Below, piece after piece: positions 39,391 through 48,350 of a DNA stretch of 53,097 bases (position 1 is its first letter; each line of letters begins with the position of its first letter). The notes under the pieces are model-generated. The model saw only the letters and a program-made list of their open reading frames with translations, was not told where the DNA came from and did not search any database. The stretch comes from an uncultured bacterium (lineage in GTDB: Bacteria > Hydrothermota > Tepidihabitantia > Tepidihabitantales > CAIPLT01). Both the position numbers and the translations under genes were made by a program. Location: positions 1-53,097 of the forward strand of contig CAYYPG010000002.1 of NCBI GenBank assembly GCA_964473505.1, read 5' to 3'.

Positions 39391-39724
39391 GTTCATGATA
39401 TAGACATTAATAGTTAGTAAAAATCTTTATATGTGATTGAACCGTATTCAGGTTCGACTTATGGTTGTTGCCTTATTTATTTATTTATTTTTAGTTCAAT
39501 CTTTCTTTATATGGATCAAACTGACATCATGTGACATCTGACTATATAAGGAGACTTTATCAGGATGGTAATAGACTAGGGGCTAGCCCCGACCTAGACC
39601 AATACTAGCATATTGAAAAGCATAGGCTACCTTATATACCGCAGCCTGGGTCGCTTACCCGTTAGCCATCAATGTCTAAATGTAAATAAAATACCTTAAA
39701 GTTTTCTAACCAATTTTTAAGAAA

Positions 39725-39828
39725 ACGAAAAAATGCTCAAAAGACGCGAAAGAAAAATTAAAAAATTCGCTTCTGCACTCCGAGTCACTTGAGGTATATA
39801 TTGGTTTTCTCAGAGTTCGCTTAAAGAG
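39725..39828 (-). repeat. A-family copy A6 (diverged)
   Basis: ACGAAAAAATGCTCAAAAGAC...GCTTCTGCA...CTCAGAGTTCGCT aligns with the A consensus at its ends. Confidence 0.4.
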
Positions 39829-40131
39829 AGTCAATAAAAGCCGGTATTTACACAAAACATCATGTGGTGCAAACTAGAATGAAGCAAAGCAAAATTAACT
39901 TGTTTCAATATCCAATAAAACCACTGGTTGATAGACTTTCAAAACAAGTTCAGAGTAACAAAGGTGATTTTTACTAAACTCTTGTTTTAATCTTTTTGTA
40001 AGTATTAGTAAGAGAAATTTTAGTATTCGATGCCATATAATTTTTAATCGCTGCAATCAATGGAAAGTTATGTGCCTTTGATGTTAGACAGTCTAAATTG
40101 AAAAATATTATTGTTGAAGACTTGTTAGATT

Positions 40132-41622
40132 TTAATGTCGGAAGTGGCGAGCGCCGGTAAAAACCAAGGTAATATCATGCTGATTTGCGGCTTCAATTAC
40201 TTCTTCATCATTCACGGAACCACCGGGTTCAACAATTGCTTTGATATGATTTTGTGCTGCAAGGTCAATCGAATCGCGAAATGGAAAGAATCCATCTGAT
40301 GCCATTACTGCACCGGTTAACTTTCCTTGGGCTTTTTTAATTGCAATTTCTACTGCCTCAACCCTTGAAGTTTGACCCGATCCAATGCCGATGGTCGCTT
40401 TTTCTTTGGTCAAAACAATCGCATTAGATTTAACAAATTTAACAACCTTCCAGGCAAATTGCAGTTCTAATAACTCGGCTTGCGTTGGTTTTCGGTTAGA
40501 AACTATTTTCCAATCATTAATATCCTCTGTCAGAATATCTTTGTCTTGGATTAAGATACCTCCAAGACAATTGCGCATTAACCTTTTAGGCAACTCGCCC
40601 GCATATCGGACAACTCGTAAATTCTTCTTCGTTTTCAGAACTGCTAAGGCTTCAGGGGTAAATCCCGGTGCGGTGATAACTTCTAAAAATATCTTTACCA
40701 TCTCTTTGGCGGTATCTTCATCAACCTCACAATTAAATCCGACAATACCACCAAATGCCGATTTAGTATCCGATGTTAATGCTTTTAAATATGCCTCAGC
40801 CGGATTGTTGTCTGATGCAACACCGCAAGGTGTATTATGTTTAACAATAGCACAAGTATTTTCCGCAAAATCAGCAACAATCGAGATTACTGCATCTAAA
40901 TCCAAAAGATTGTTATAGGAGAGTTCCTTGCCCTGAATCTGTTTTATCTCAAAATTAGAAAATGGGTCTTGATAATAAAATGCTTTCTGATGGGGATTCT
41001 CGCCATATCTTAAAGCTTGGGATTTAATATAAGTCTTAGTATAATATTCGGAAAAATTGATAGCTTGGAATTGGTGGTAAAAATATTCCTGAATCAGACT
41101 ATCGTAGTGAGCAATAATTTCAAATGTTTTAAGGGCTAAAAGTTGTCGTGTTTTTAAAGTTGTCTCTTTTTTCTCCTGCAACTCTTTGATCACGATGGGA
41201 TAAAATTTCTTATCCGGCACAACAGTAACATATTGATAGTTTTTTGCTGCCGCCCGTAGAAGAGTTACTCCACCAATATCAATCATCTCAATCATCTGTT
41301 CATCTGTCAGATTTTTCTTTAGCGATGCTTCAAACGGATAGAGATTGCAAACAACGATATCAATCGGTTCGACCGTGTTATCTTCTCGATACGAAAGAAT
41401 GCCGCCGGCGATTTTAGGATGTAAAGTCTTTACGCGACCTTTTAAGATTTCTGGTGAACCGGTGTAATCAGAGACCTCTGTTACTTTTATCTTTTCTTGC
41501 CTCAGTAATTCGGCGGTTTTACCAGTTGCGATTATCTCAATATTAAGTTCCTCCAAAACTTTTGCAAAATCAACAATACCTTCCTTATCCCAAACACTGA
41601 TAATGGCTCTTTTCGGTTTCAT
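40132..41622 (-). CDS. purH: bifunctional AICAR transformylase / IMP cyclohydrolase
   Basis: 496-aa ORF with an N-terminal MGS-like domain (KRAIISVWDKEGIV, TGKTA..L) and a C-terminal AICARFT domain (GGILIQD, GIGSGQTSRV, VMASDGFFPFRD). Confidence 0.9.
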   Translation of the reverse strand: MKPKRAIISVWDKEGIVDFAKVLEELNIEIIATGKTAELLRQEKIKVTEVSDYTGSPEILKGRVKTLHPKIAGGILSYREDNTVEPIDIVVCNLYPFEASLKKNLTDEQMIEMIDIGGVTLLRAAAKNYQYVTVVPDKKFYPIVIKELQEKKETTLKTRQLLALKTFEIIAHYDSLIQEYFYHQFQAINFSEYYTKTYIKSQALRYGENPHQKAFYYQDPFSNFEIKQIQGKELSYNNLLDLDAVISIVADFAENTCAIVKHNTPCGVASDNNPAEAYLKALTSDTKSAFGGIVGFNCEVDEDTAKEMVKIFLEVITAPGFTPEALAVLKTKKNLRVVRYAGELPKRLMRNCLGGILIQDKDILTEDINDWKIVSNRKPTQAELLELQFAWKVVKFVKSNAIVLTKEKATIGIGSGQTSRVEAVEIAIKKAQGKLTGAVMASDGFFPFRDSIDLAAQNHIKAIVEPGGSVNDEEVIEAANQHDITLVFTGARHFRH

Positions 41623-41689
41623 TTTATTTTCCTCATCCTAAAGAGTCAAATAGACCAAGAACAAAAAATTATTGGAAAATAACCTTTTG

Positions 41690-41799
41690 GAAATCTCTGA
41701 AAAATGCTCATGAGACACCGACCCTACAAGAAAAAACCAATAATTATACTTCTGCATTTCATGTCTTTTGAACCAATATTGACTTTGTCAGAGTTCTCT
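41690..41799 (-). repeat. A-family element, copy A2 (points toward purH)
   Basis: 108/111 identical to A1. The minus-strand TATAAT is at 41743-41748, about 115 nt upstream of the purH ATG. Confidence 0.85.
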
Positions 41800-41950
41800 T
41801 TTGTATCTCTGTTTTTTCATCGACTCCGCAGAGAGTAATTAATTCCAGTTTCGGTCCGGTTGTCCATAATTGTGCTAAAATCGTTTTTGCCACATCTTCC
41901 TCGATTGAATTATTTATCTTCAAATGTAAGGTCAACTCGGTTTTTCCCTT

Positions 41951-42097
41951 TTATCCATTATTTTTAGTCCGATTCTTTAAATATAAAATCATAAAGTACT
42001 GCATGGCGTTATGGTCAATTATAAATATTCCGCTCATCGTTTTAATAAGTTCTATTGAAATTTGGTTTGAGAAGTGATTAGGAACATTTTTGCTCAT
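41951..42097 (-). CDS. 48-codon L-arm ORF, copy 2; expression unproven
   Basis: [35 protein letters not shown] is identical to the first 35 residues of ORF 13008-13235 and is followed by a different tail. Too short for the ORF track. Confidence 0.2.
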   Translation of the reverse strand: MSKNVPNHFSNQISIELIKTMSGIFIIDHNAMQYFMILYLKNRTKNNG

Positions 42098-42119
42098 TTT
42101 CTTTTTTCAATTACTTCAT
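41993..42119 (-). repeat. L arm, copy 2 (includes a copy of the clpP 3' tail)
   Basis: Exact reverse complement of 12986-13113, apart from a 1-nt uncertainty at the boundary. Confidence 0.9.
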
Positions 42120-42231
42120 AATAAAGTTAATTAAAATTAATAAATTAATTTTGAATAATCATAATTTAAAGTTGATTGTGACTTCGTTACATTTTATTAT
42201 CTTTATTTATTGATGTTGTAGTCAATAGACC

Positions 42232-43428
42232 TCAGGCTCCGAATTTTTTCAGTTTTAGACTATGGGCTAATAATAATGGCATCACTTTGGTCTGGTGAAA
42301 TATTCCCAGACTGCCTTGAGCACAGTTTTTTTCAGAAAACTTGTCGTAATTGTCTTTGCGTGCATATGACGAATAAAGTAAAAACGGGTTCGGATGCCAA
42401 GAATGACCTTTTAAGATTGCAGGCGTTGAGTGGTCAGAAGTTATGGCGAGCACATCAAACTTCAGTTGAAGAATCTCAGGTAATAAAGAATCAAATTTTT
42501 CAATCAATTTGATTTTGCCCTCAAAATCGCCATCTTCGCCTTTCATATCAACCTCTTTAAAATGGAGATAAAAGAAATCAAAATCATGTGAATTTTTCGT
42601 CAAGGTCTCAATTTCCGATTCCCAGGTCTCTGCGGTGGCTAATACTTTCATTCCGACTAAACTGGCAATACCCTTATACATTGGATAAGTAGCAATTGCG
42701 GCTGGTGTTATTGGATAAAGACGACTCATCGGCTCAAGATTAGGATTGTGTGCGAAACCCCGTAATAATATGTAGTTGGCTTTGGGTTCATCTTTTAGTA
42801 ATTCTGTTACTCGGCTGATGAAGAGATTAACGATTCTTTCGCTGTGCTTCGCTTGGGAGGAAAGCGCAGCAATTTTAAATGGTGCTTTCCCTTCTTTCTG
42901 CGGATCCGATTCGCTCAAGTCTGAACTTAAATCTTTTCCCCGAAACACAATTACAAAACGATGTTCTTTACCTGGCCGAATAATAATTTCGACATCTTCA
43001 ATTTTTTTAATTGTTTCGGATAATTTTGTACAGATTCTCTGATTTTCTTCAGTAGAAATTCTGCCGGCGCGTCGGTCAATTATAATACCATTTTCTATCG
43101 TGGCAAAATTTGCTCGGACACACAAATCATCAGGTCCGACTTCCAAACCCACGCCTAGTGCTTCTAAAATGCCTCGACCAATTTGATGTTTAATCGGGTC
43201 ATAACCAAACAAAGCCAGATGCGCGGGCCCACTACCAGGAGTAATGCCATAATCAACCGGAATAGTTAAACCCAAACTACTATTTTTAGCCAATTTGTCC
43301 AAGTTTGGTGTCCGGGCTGTTTCCAGTTCAGTCTTACCATTTTGAGGAGGCGTTCCACCTAAACCATCAATAACAATTAATAAAATCTTTTTTTGATTTA
43401 CGGTAAAAAGTGGTTTTAGTAATTCCAT
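42232..43428 (-). CDS. apgM: cofactor-independent phosphoglycerate mutase, archaeal-type
   Basis: 398-aa ORF with LLIVIDGLGG, FFYLHFKEVD..GEDGD and ITSDHSTP, as in metalloenzyme-superfamily ApgM. TGA stop. Confidence 0.8.
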   Translation of the reverse strand: MELLKPLFTVNQKKILLIVIDGLGGTPPQNGKTELETARTPNLDKLAKNSSLGLTIPVDYGITPGSGPAHLALFGYDPIKHQIGRGILEALGVGLEVGPDDLCVRANFATIENGIIIDRRAGRISTEENQRICTKLSETIKKIEDVEIIIRPGKEHRFVIVFRGKDLSSDLSESDPQKEGKAPFKIAALSSQAKHSERIVNLFISRVTELLKDEPKANYILLRGFAHNPNLEPMSRLYPITPAAIATYPMYKGIASLVGMKVLATAETWESEIETLTKNSHDFDFFYLHFKEVDMKGEDGDFEGKIKLIEKFDSLLPEILQLKFDVLAITSDHSTPAILKGHSWHPNPFLLYSSYARKDNYDKFSEKNCAQGSLGIFHQTKVMPLLLAHSLKLKKFGA

Positions 43429-43525
43429 ATTAGTTGTCTAAACTTTTAAGAAAATGCAAGGCAACAATAGTTTTAGTAATTCCATATTAGTTGTCTAAAC
43501 TTTTAAGAAAATGCAAGGCAACAAT
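43413..43525 (-). repeat. exact tandem duplication (56 nt x2, period 57) spanning the apgM start codon
   Basis: 43413-43468 is identical to 43470-43525. Each copy contains CAT (ATG on the minus strand) plus the first five codons. Confidence 0.9.
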
Positions 43526-43635
43526 GAAGTTTACTATCGAACCATTGAACGCAAATAAAAGATCATGAAATACAATCCCGATTTCTTTTTCTCGTCTTCT
43601 AATTCTGCGTTTCGGAAACAATTTATTCCCTTCAG

Positions 43636-44661
43636 TTAGAACTGACTAATAAACCGAATATCATTTTCATAAAAGAGTCGCAAATCGTCAATTCGATATT
43701 TTATCATTGCAATTCGTTCTACGCCCATTCCAAAAGCATATCCCAAATATTTTAACGGATCATAGCCTACGCAAGAAAAGACTGCCGGATGAACCATACC
43801 AGCCCCAAGAATTTCCAACCAACCGGTATTTTTACAAGTCTTACAACCTTGACCATCACAGATAACGCACGAGATAGCAACTTCAGCACTCGGTTCAGTA
43901 AATGGGAAGTATGAAGGTGTAAATCTTATTTTAATCCCTGAGCCAAACATTTCCTGACAAAATTTTTCTAAAGTTCCTTTTAATTCTGCCATACTAACAT
44001 TTTCATCGACAAATAGCCCTTCTACCTGATGGAAAACCGGCGAATGCGAGGCATCGAAATCATCCGGTCTAAAGACTCTTCCTGGCGCAATAATTCTTAT
44101 TGGCGGTCGATTATCTTCCATCACTCGAATCTGAACCGGCGAAGTATGGCTTCGTAAAAGATACTTATTATTTAAGTCTGTTGTCGGTAAATAAAAACAC
44201 GCAATTTGGTCTCGGGCCGGATGTTCTTCGGGAAAATTCAAGGCGGTATAATTATACCATTCAGTTTCTACTTCTGGACCGAGTTTTTCTTTAAATCCCA
44301 TACCAACGAAAATTTGCACGATTTCTTCCATTACTTTTGTAATCGGATGTTTATGGCCTAAGAATGTTTTTTTCCCAGGTAAAGTTAAATCGATGCGCTT
44401 TTGGGCTTTCTTTATCTCTTCTTCAATTTGGAGTTCTGTTTTCTTAATTTCAATAAGTTGTTCCAGTTCTTTTTTGATGCGATTGGCCAATTCACCTTGA
44501 GTACGGCGTTCTTCAAGTTGTAACTTTCCAAGTTCCCTCAAAAAGAGCGTAATTACACCTTTACGACCCAAATATTTTATGCGCAGTTGGTCTAATTCAA
44601 TAAGGGATTTAACATCTTGAATTAACTTTTCCGCTTCCTGTTTAACTCTTATCAAATCCAT
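43636..44661 (-). CDS. pheS: phenylalanine--tRNA ligase alpha subunit
   Basis: 341-aa ORF with class II aaRS motifs (FRPD.FDASHSPVFHQVEG, GFAFGMGVERIAM). Confidence 0.9.
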   Translation of the reverse strand: MDLIRVKQEAEKLIQDVKSLIELDQLRIKYLGRKGVITLFLRELGKLQLEERRTQGELANRIKKELEQLIEIKKTELQIEEEIKKAQKRIDLTLPGKKTFLGHKHPITKVMEEIVQIFVGMGFKEKLGPEVETEWYNYTALNFPEEHPARDQIACFYLPTTDLNNKYLLRSHTSPVQIRVMEDNRPPIRIIAPGRVFRPDDFDASHSPVFHQVEGLFVDENVSMAELKGTLEKFCQEMFGSGIKIRFTPSYFPFTEPSAEVAISCVICDGQGCKTCKNTGWLEILGAGMVHPAVFSCVGYDPLKYLGYAFGMGVERIAMIKYRIDDLRLFYENDIRFISQF

Positions 44662-44840
44662 ATAATTATTCTCTACATTCTGATAATTTTATCATCCTTG
44701 CCATAAGAGAACAATTCTGATGTGATTGAAAATATTCTGTTTAACTCTTATCAAATCCATATAATTCCTCTTTACATTCTGATAATTTTGGTATCCTTGA
44801 GCTATAAGATAGTAATTCCTGATGCGATTAAAGATATTCT
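44638..44840 (-). repeat. tandem duplication (99 + 104 nt, about 85% identity) spanning the pheS start codon
   Basis: Both copies begin CTGTTTAACTCTTATCAAATCCATATAATT and end ..ATATTCT. The upstream copy opens a 22-codon uORF (44692-44760). Confidence 0.85.
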
Positions 44841-44860
44841 ATTCTTTCAGCCGATATGTT

Positions 44861-45244
44861 TTAATTTTTACTTGAAGCGCAGGTCGTTTCATTCAGCTGG
44901 TTTTTTACCAATGTCACTATTTGGTTAAAATCTTCTGGGCTACGAACCGCGATCTCGGCAAGGGATTTACGGTTTAACTCGATACCGGCTAATTTTAAGC
45001 CGTTAATAAATTTACTATAACTTAAACTATGGGGTTTTAATGCCGCATTAATCCGCACAATCCAAAGTGAGCGAAAAACCCTTTTTTTACGTTTGCGTTC
45101 GCGATAGGCGGATTGCAGTGCTTTCATTACTTGGAGACGGGCAGTCTTATAAAGTTTGGATTTTGCACCCCAATAGCCTTTAGCCCGTTTTAACCATTTT
45201 TTTCGTCGTTTCCGAGTCGCAGGACCTGTTTTTACTCTTGGCAT
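44861..45244 (-). CDS. rplT: 50S ribosomal protein L20
   Basis: 127-aa ORF starting [26 protein letters not shown]. Confidence 0.95.
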   Translation of the reverse strand: MPRVKTGPATRKRRKKWLKRAKGYWGAKSKLYKTARLQVMKALQSAYRERKRKKRVFRSLWIVRINAALKPHSLSYSKFINGLKLAGIELNRKSLAEIAVRSPEDFNQIVTLVKNQLNETTCASSKN

Positions 45245-45430
45245 ATTTACTCCTTACATGATTTTGCTACTGAAGCTCATATGAAAATTAATAAACATCC
45301 CAGACTCAAGTAGGAAACAAACATTGTTTTTGCTGAGAAGCAATGAACATCTTTTTTATGTTTCCTTTTATGGGGTGAGTTTGTGAGGTTATAATTTCGC
45401 GAGCTCAATAGCACTTTATTAAATTGAATA

Positions 45431-45625
45431 TTAGGCATATGGCAGAAGCTGCTTCAATTTTTTCTCGTAAGATTTATTCACCACTGATGCTTTTGATAAG
45501 GCTCGTTTCCGTTTACGTGATTTCGAACTTAATAAATGGCTTTTACCGGCTTTCCGACGGACAATCTTTCCTTGAGCTGTAATCTTTACTCTTTTTTTTA
45601 GTGAACTTAAAGTTTTTAATTTCAT
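45431..45625 (-). CDS. rpmI: 50S ribosomal protein L35
   Basis: 64-aa basic ORF starting MKLKTLSSLKKRVKITAQGKIVRRKAGKSHL. Confidence 0.9.
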   Translation of the reverse strand: MKLKTLSSLKKRVKITAQGKIVRRKAGKSHLLSSKSRKRKRALSKASVVNKSYEKKLKQLLPYA

Positions 45626-45699
45626 TTTTTTCTTACTCCTTATTTATTACCTTGCAATCAATCTCATTCAAAATAAAACTTACCGACATTTATTATATT

Positions 45700-46230
45700 T
45701 TACGAAGGAGAACTTCGCGGAATTAACATTAATTGAATAATCTGTCTGCCTTCGCCCGAAATTTTGGGTGCACTTTCCGTAGTAGCACAATCTTGCAAAT
45801 CGTTAATCAAACGCTGAATCACATTCATTGCTAAGTTTTTATGCAAAACTTCGCGACCGCGCAAGGGTAATAAAACACGCACTCGATTGCGTTCGGCAAG
45901 AAATTCGCGAATTTTTCTGAGTTTTACTTGATAATCGTTTTCGTTGATTTTCATAGAAAATCTCATTTCGCGAACATTAGTCGTGTGTTGTTTTTTCTTG
46001 ATCGCCTTGGCTTTAGTTTTCAACTCATAAAGATATTTTCCTAAATCCATTATCCCGCAAACCGGCGGGTCGGCATTTGGTTGCAGTTCGACTAAATCCA
46101 ATCCTTGGGCTCGTGCCAGACGTAACGCCTCTTGGGTTGGTAAAATACCAATCATTTTTTTGTCGGCACCGATTACCCGGACAAAATGGGCTCGGATTTT
46201 TTCATTTACTCTTGGTATATTGTCTCTAAT
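45700..46230 (-). CDS. infC: translation initiation factor IF-3 (ATT start)
   Basis: IF-3 homology (RVNEKIRAHFVRVIGADKKMIGILPTQEAL) extends 25 codons upstream of the track's Met. An in-frame ATT at 46228-46230 lies 4 nt after the thrS TGA. Confidence 0.8.
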   Translation of the reverse strand: MRDNIPRVNEKIRAHFVRVIGADKKMIGILPTQEALRLARAQGLDLVELQPNADPPVCGIMDLGKYLYELKTKAKAIKKKQHTTNVREMRFSMKINENDYQVKLRKIREFLAERNRVRVLLPLRGREVLHKNLAMNVIQRLINDLQDCATTESAPKISGEGRQIIQLMLIPRSSPS

Positions 46231-46234
46231 AGTA

Positions 46235-48142
46235 TCACCTTTTTAATATGATATCTTGTCTAATTTGTTGAATGATATTTTCTAAATTGCTACTACCTAA
46301 ATCGCCTTGATGACGTTTGCGTAATGAAACAGTCTTATTTTCCACTTCGCGTCGACCGATAATGAGAATATACGGAATTTTCTCGCGTTCGGCTTCACTA
46401 ATTTTATAACTTATCTTTTCATTTTGATAATTACTAACAACTCTAATATTATGCTCTTTCAATTGACGAACTACTTCTTGGGCATAATCGATCTCTTTTT
46501 CGGTAATAGTGAGCACAGAAACTTGATAAGGACTCAGCCATACCGGTAATGCGCCGGCATAATGTTCAATTAAAATGCCAAGAAAACGTTCTAATGCTCC
46601 TAAAATTGCCCGATGAATCATAAATGGTGTATGATGACGGCCATCAGCACCCATAAAATAAATATTAAACCTTGTTGGTAAATTAAAATCAAATTGGATT
46701 GTCGGACATTGCCATTCTCGGCCTAAACTGTCTAATAATTTTATATCAATTTTGGGCGCGTAGAAAGTCGCTTCGCCTTCTCGACGGACATAACTAAGAC
46801 CTGACTTGTCCAAGGCTTTAATCAATGCTTGCTCAGCCATATGCCATTGTTCATCAGTTCCAACATATCTCTCGGTATGTTGGGGGTCGCGGAGGGATAA
46901 ATCGATGTGAAACTCTCTGAATCCAAAGTCGGCCATAATCTTTAAAGCAAGTTGCAAAGTAGCATAGATTTCATCTTCAATTTGTTCGGGTGTACAGAAA
47001 ATGTGGGCATCATCTTGAGTAAATCCTCTAACCCGTAAAGCACCGTGCATGACCCCGGAACGTTCATTACGATAGACAGTGCCTAATTCAGCATAACGAA
47101 TGGGTAATTCACGATAACTTCGAACCTGCGACTGATAGATTAAGATATGACCAGGACAGTTCATTGGTTTTAAGGCGTACTCTTCTTTTTCAACCATTAG
47201 AGTAAACATATTTTCTTTGTAATAAGAAAAATGGCCGGATGTCTCCCAAAGGTGTCCGCGGGCAATATGGGGCGTATAAATTATTTGATAACCTGATTTG
47301 AGATGTAAATCAATCCAGTATTCTTCAATTATCCTGCGGAGTATTCCACCTTTTGGTGCCCATAGCATCAGACCTGGACCAAGTTCTTCTGAAAATAGGA
47401 AATAACCCAATTGCGGGCCTACTTTGCGATGGTCTCGACGTTTCGCATCCTCAAGCTTTGCTATATATCCATCTAACTCCTCTTGCGTAGGAAAAGAAAT
47501 TCCATAAATCCGTTGAAGCATCCGATTCTTTTCATCACCTTTCCAATAAGCACCGGCGACCGATAATAGTTTAAAGGCTTTAATTAAGCCTGTATGAGGC
47601 AGATGTGGTCCCAAACAGATATCTCGAAAACCATTCTGGTCATAAACCGAAATTTTTTCGTCGGTAACTTCATTAAGAATTTCAAGTTTATATGGTTCGT
47701 TATGCTCTTGGAAATACTTTATGGCTTCTGTGCGAGAAAGAAAATTATGCTTAATGACCAGGGACTCATCAACCAGTTCCCGCATCTTTTGTTCAATCTT
47801 TGCGAGATTTTCATCCGTAAAAGTAAACGGCGCATCAAAGTCATAATAGAAACCTTGGTCAATGGCAGGACCAATGGCTAATTTTACTTCAGGATAAAGT
47901 AATTTCACTGCATGCGCCATTAAATGAGAAGTAGAGTGCCAGAAGATTGATTTGCCTTCAGCCGATTCAAAATATATCGGACTAATTTCACAATCCGATT
48001 CTAACGGAAACGATAAGTCAACGATTTTACCATCTACCTGTGCAGCTAGTGCCTTGGGATCATTAAGAATTTCTGCAACCGGCTTAGCTACATTCAGCGT
48101 CAGAACCTTATCGCCAATCTTTACTTTAATCATAATTTTCAA
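46235..48142 (-). CDS. thrS: threonine--tRNA ligase
   Basis: 635-aa ORF with an N-terminal TGS domain, the editing-domain motif HSTSH, and class II core motifs (RVRGFTQDDAHIF, YAPKID). Confidence 0.9.
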   Translation of the reverse strand: MKIMIKVKIGDKVLTLNVAKPVAEILNDPKALAAQVDGKIVDLSFPLESDCEISPIYFESAEGKSIFWHSTSHLMAHAVKLLYPEVKLAIGPAIDQGFYYDFDAPFTFTDENLAKIEQKMRELVDESLVIKHNFLSRTEAIKYFQEHNEPYKLEILNEVTDEKISVYDQNGFRDICLGPHLPHTGLIKAFKLLSVAGAYWKGDEKNRMLQRIYGISFPTQEELDGYIAKLEDAKRRDHRKVGPQLGYFLFSEELGPGLMLWAPKGGILRRIIEEYWIDLHLKSGYQIIYTPHIARGHLWETSGHFSYYKENMFTLMVEKEEYALKPMNCPGHILIYQSQVRSYRELPIRYAELGTVYRNERSGVMHGALRVRGFTQDDAHIFCTPEQIEDEIYATLQLALKIMADFGFREFHIDLSLRDPQHTERYVGTDEQWHMAEQALIKALDKSGLSYVRREGEATFYAPKIDIKLLDSLGREWQCPTIQFDFNLPTRFNIYFMGADGRHHTPFMIHRAILGALERFLGILIEHYAGALPVWLSPYQVSVLTITEKEIDYAQEVVRQLKEHNIRVVSNYQNEKISYKISEAEREKIPYILIIGRREVENKTVSLRKRHQGDLGSSNLENIIQQIRQDIILKR

Positions 48143-48350
48143 ACTCTAAATCATAATTGAATAATCCATTTGCAATTTATCTGTGTCCTAAAATAGAACT
48201 TTGTTGCTGAAAGTTATCTTTCTTACTTATTGCCTTCATCTATTATTATATTATAAAATGAACCTTATGATAATGATAATTTTCTCAATTGTCAATAAAA
48301 ATTTTTGTGCGGTAGCATCAAGGTTTTTGTGTAAATTGGTTTTCTCAAGG

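Noticed and set aside
39420-39700. A hidden tRNA, tmRNA, RNase P or SRP RNA in the GC-rich part of the 38981-40131 gap.
   Set aside because: GGTTCGACT at about 39451 lacks a complementary T stem and acceptor pairing. I found no GGGG...CCACCA tmRNA ends, no GAGGAAAGTCC RNase P core and no GGAAGCAGCC SRP motif. It remains unexplained rather than assigned.
48267-48285. A Fur-box-like GATAATGATAATTTTCTCA upstream of thrS.
   Set aside because: Only the first 12 nt match the 19-bp Fur consensus and the second half is not palindromic. The context (thrS leader) is not iron-related, and a chance match is likely at this AT content.
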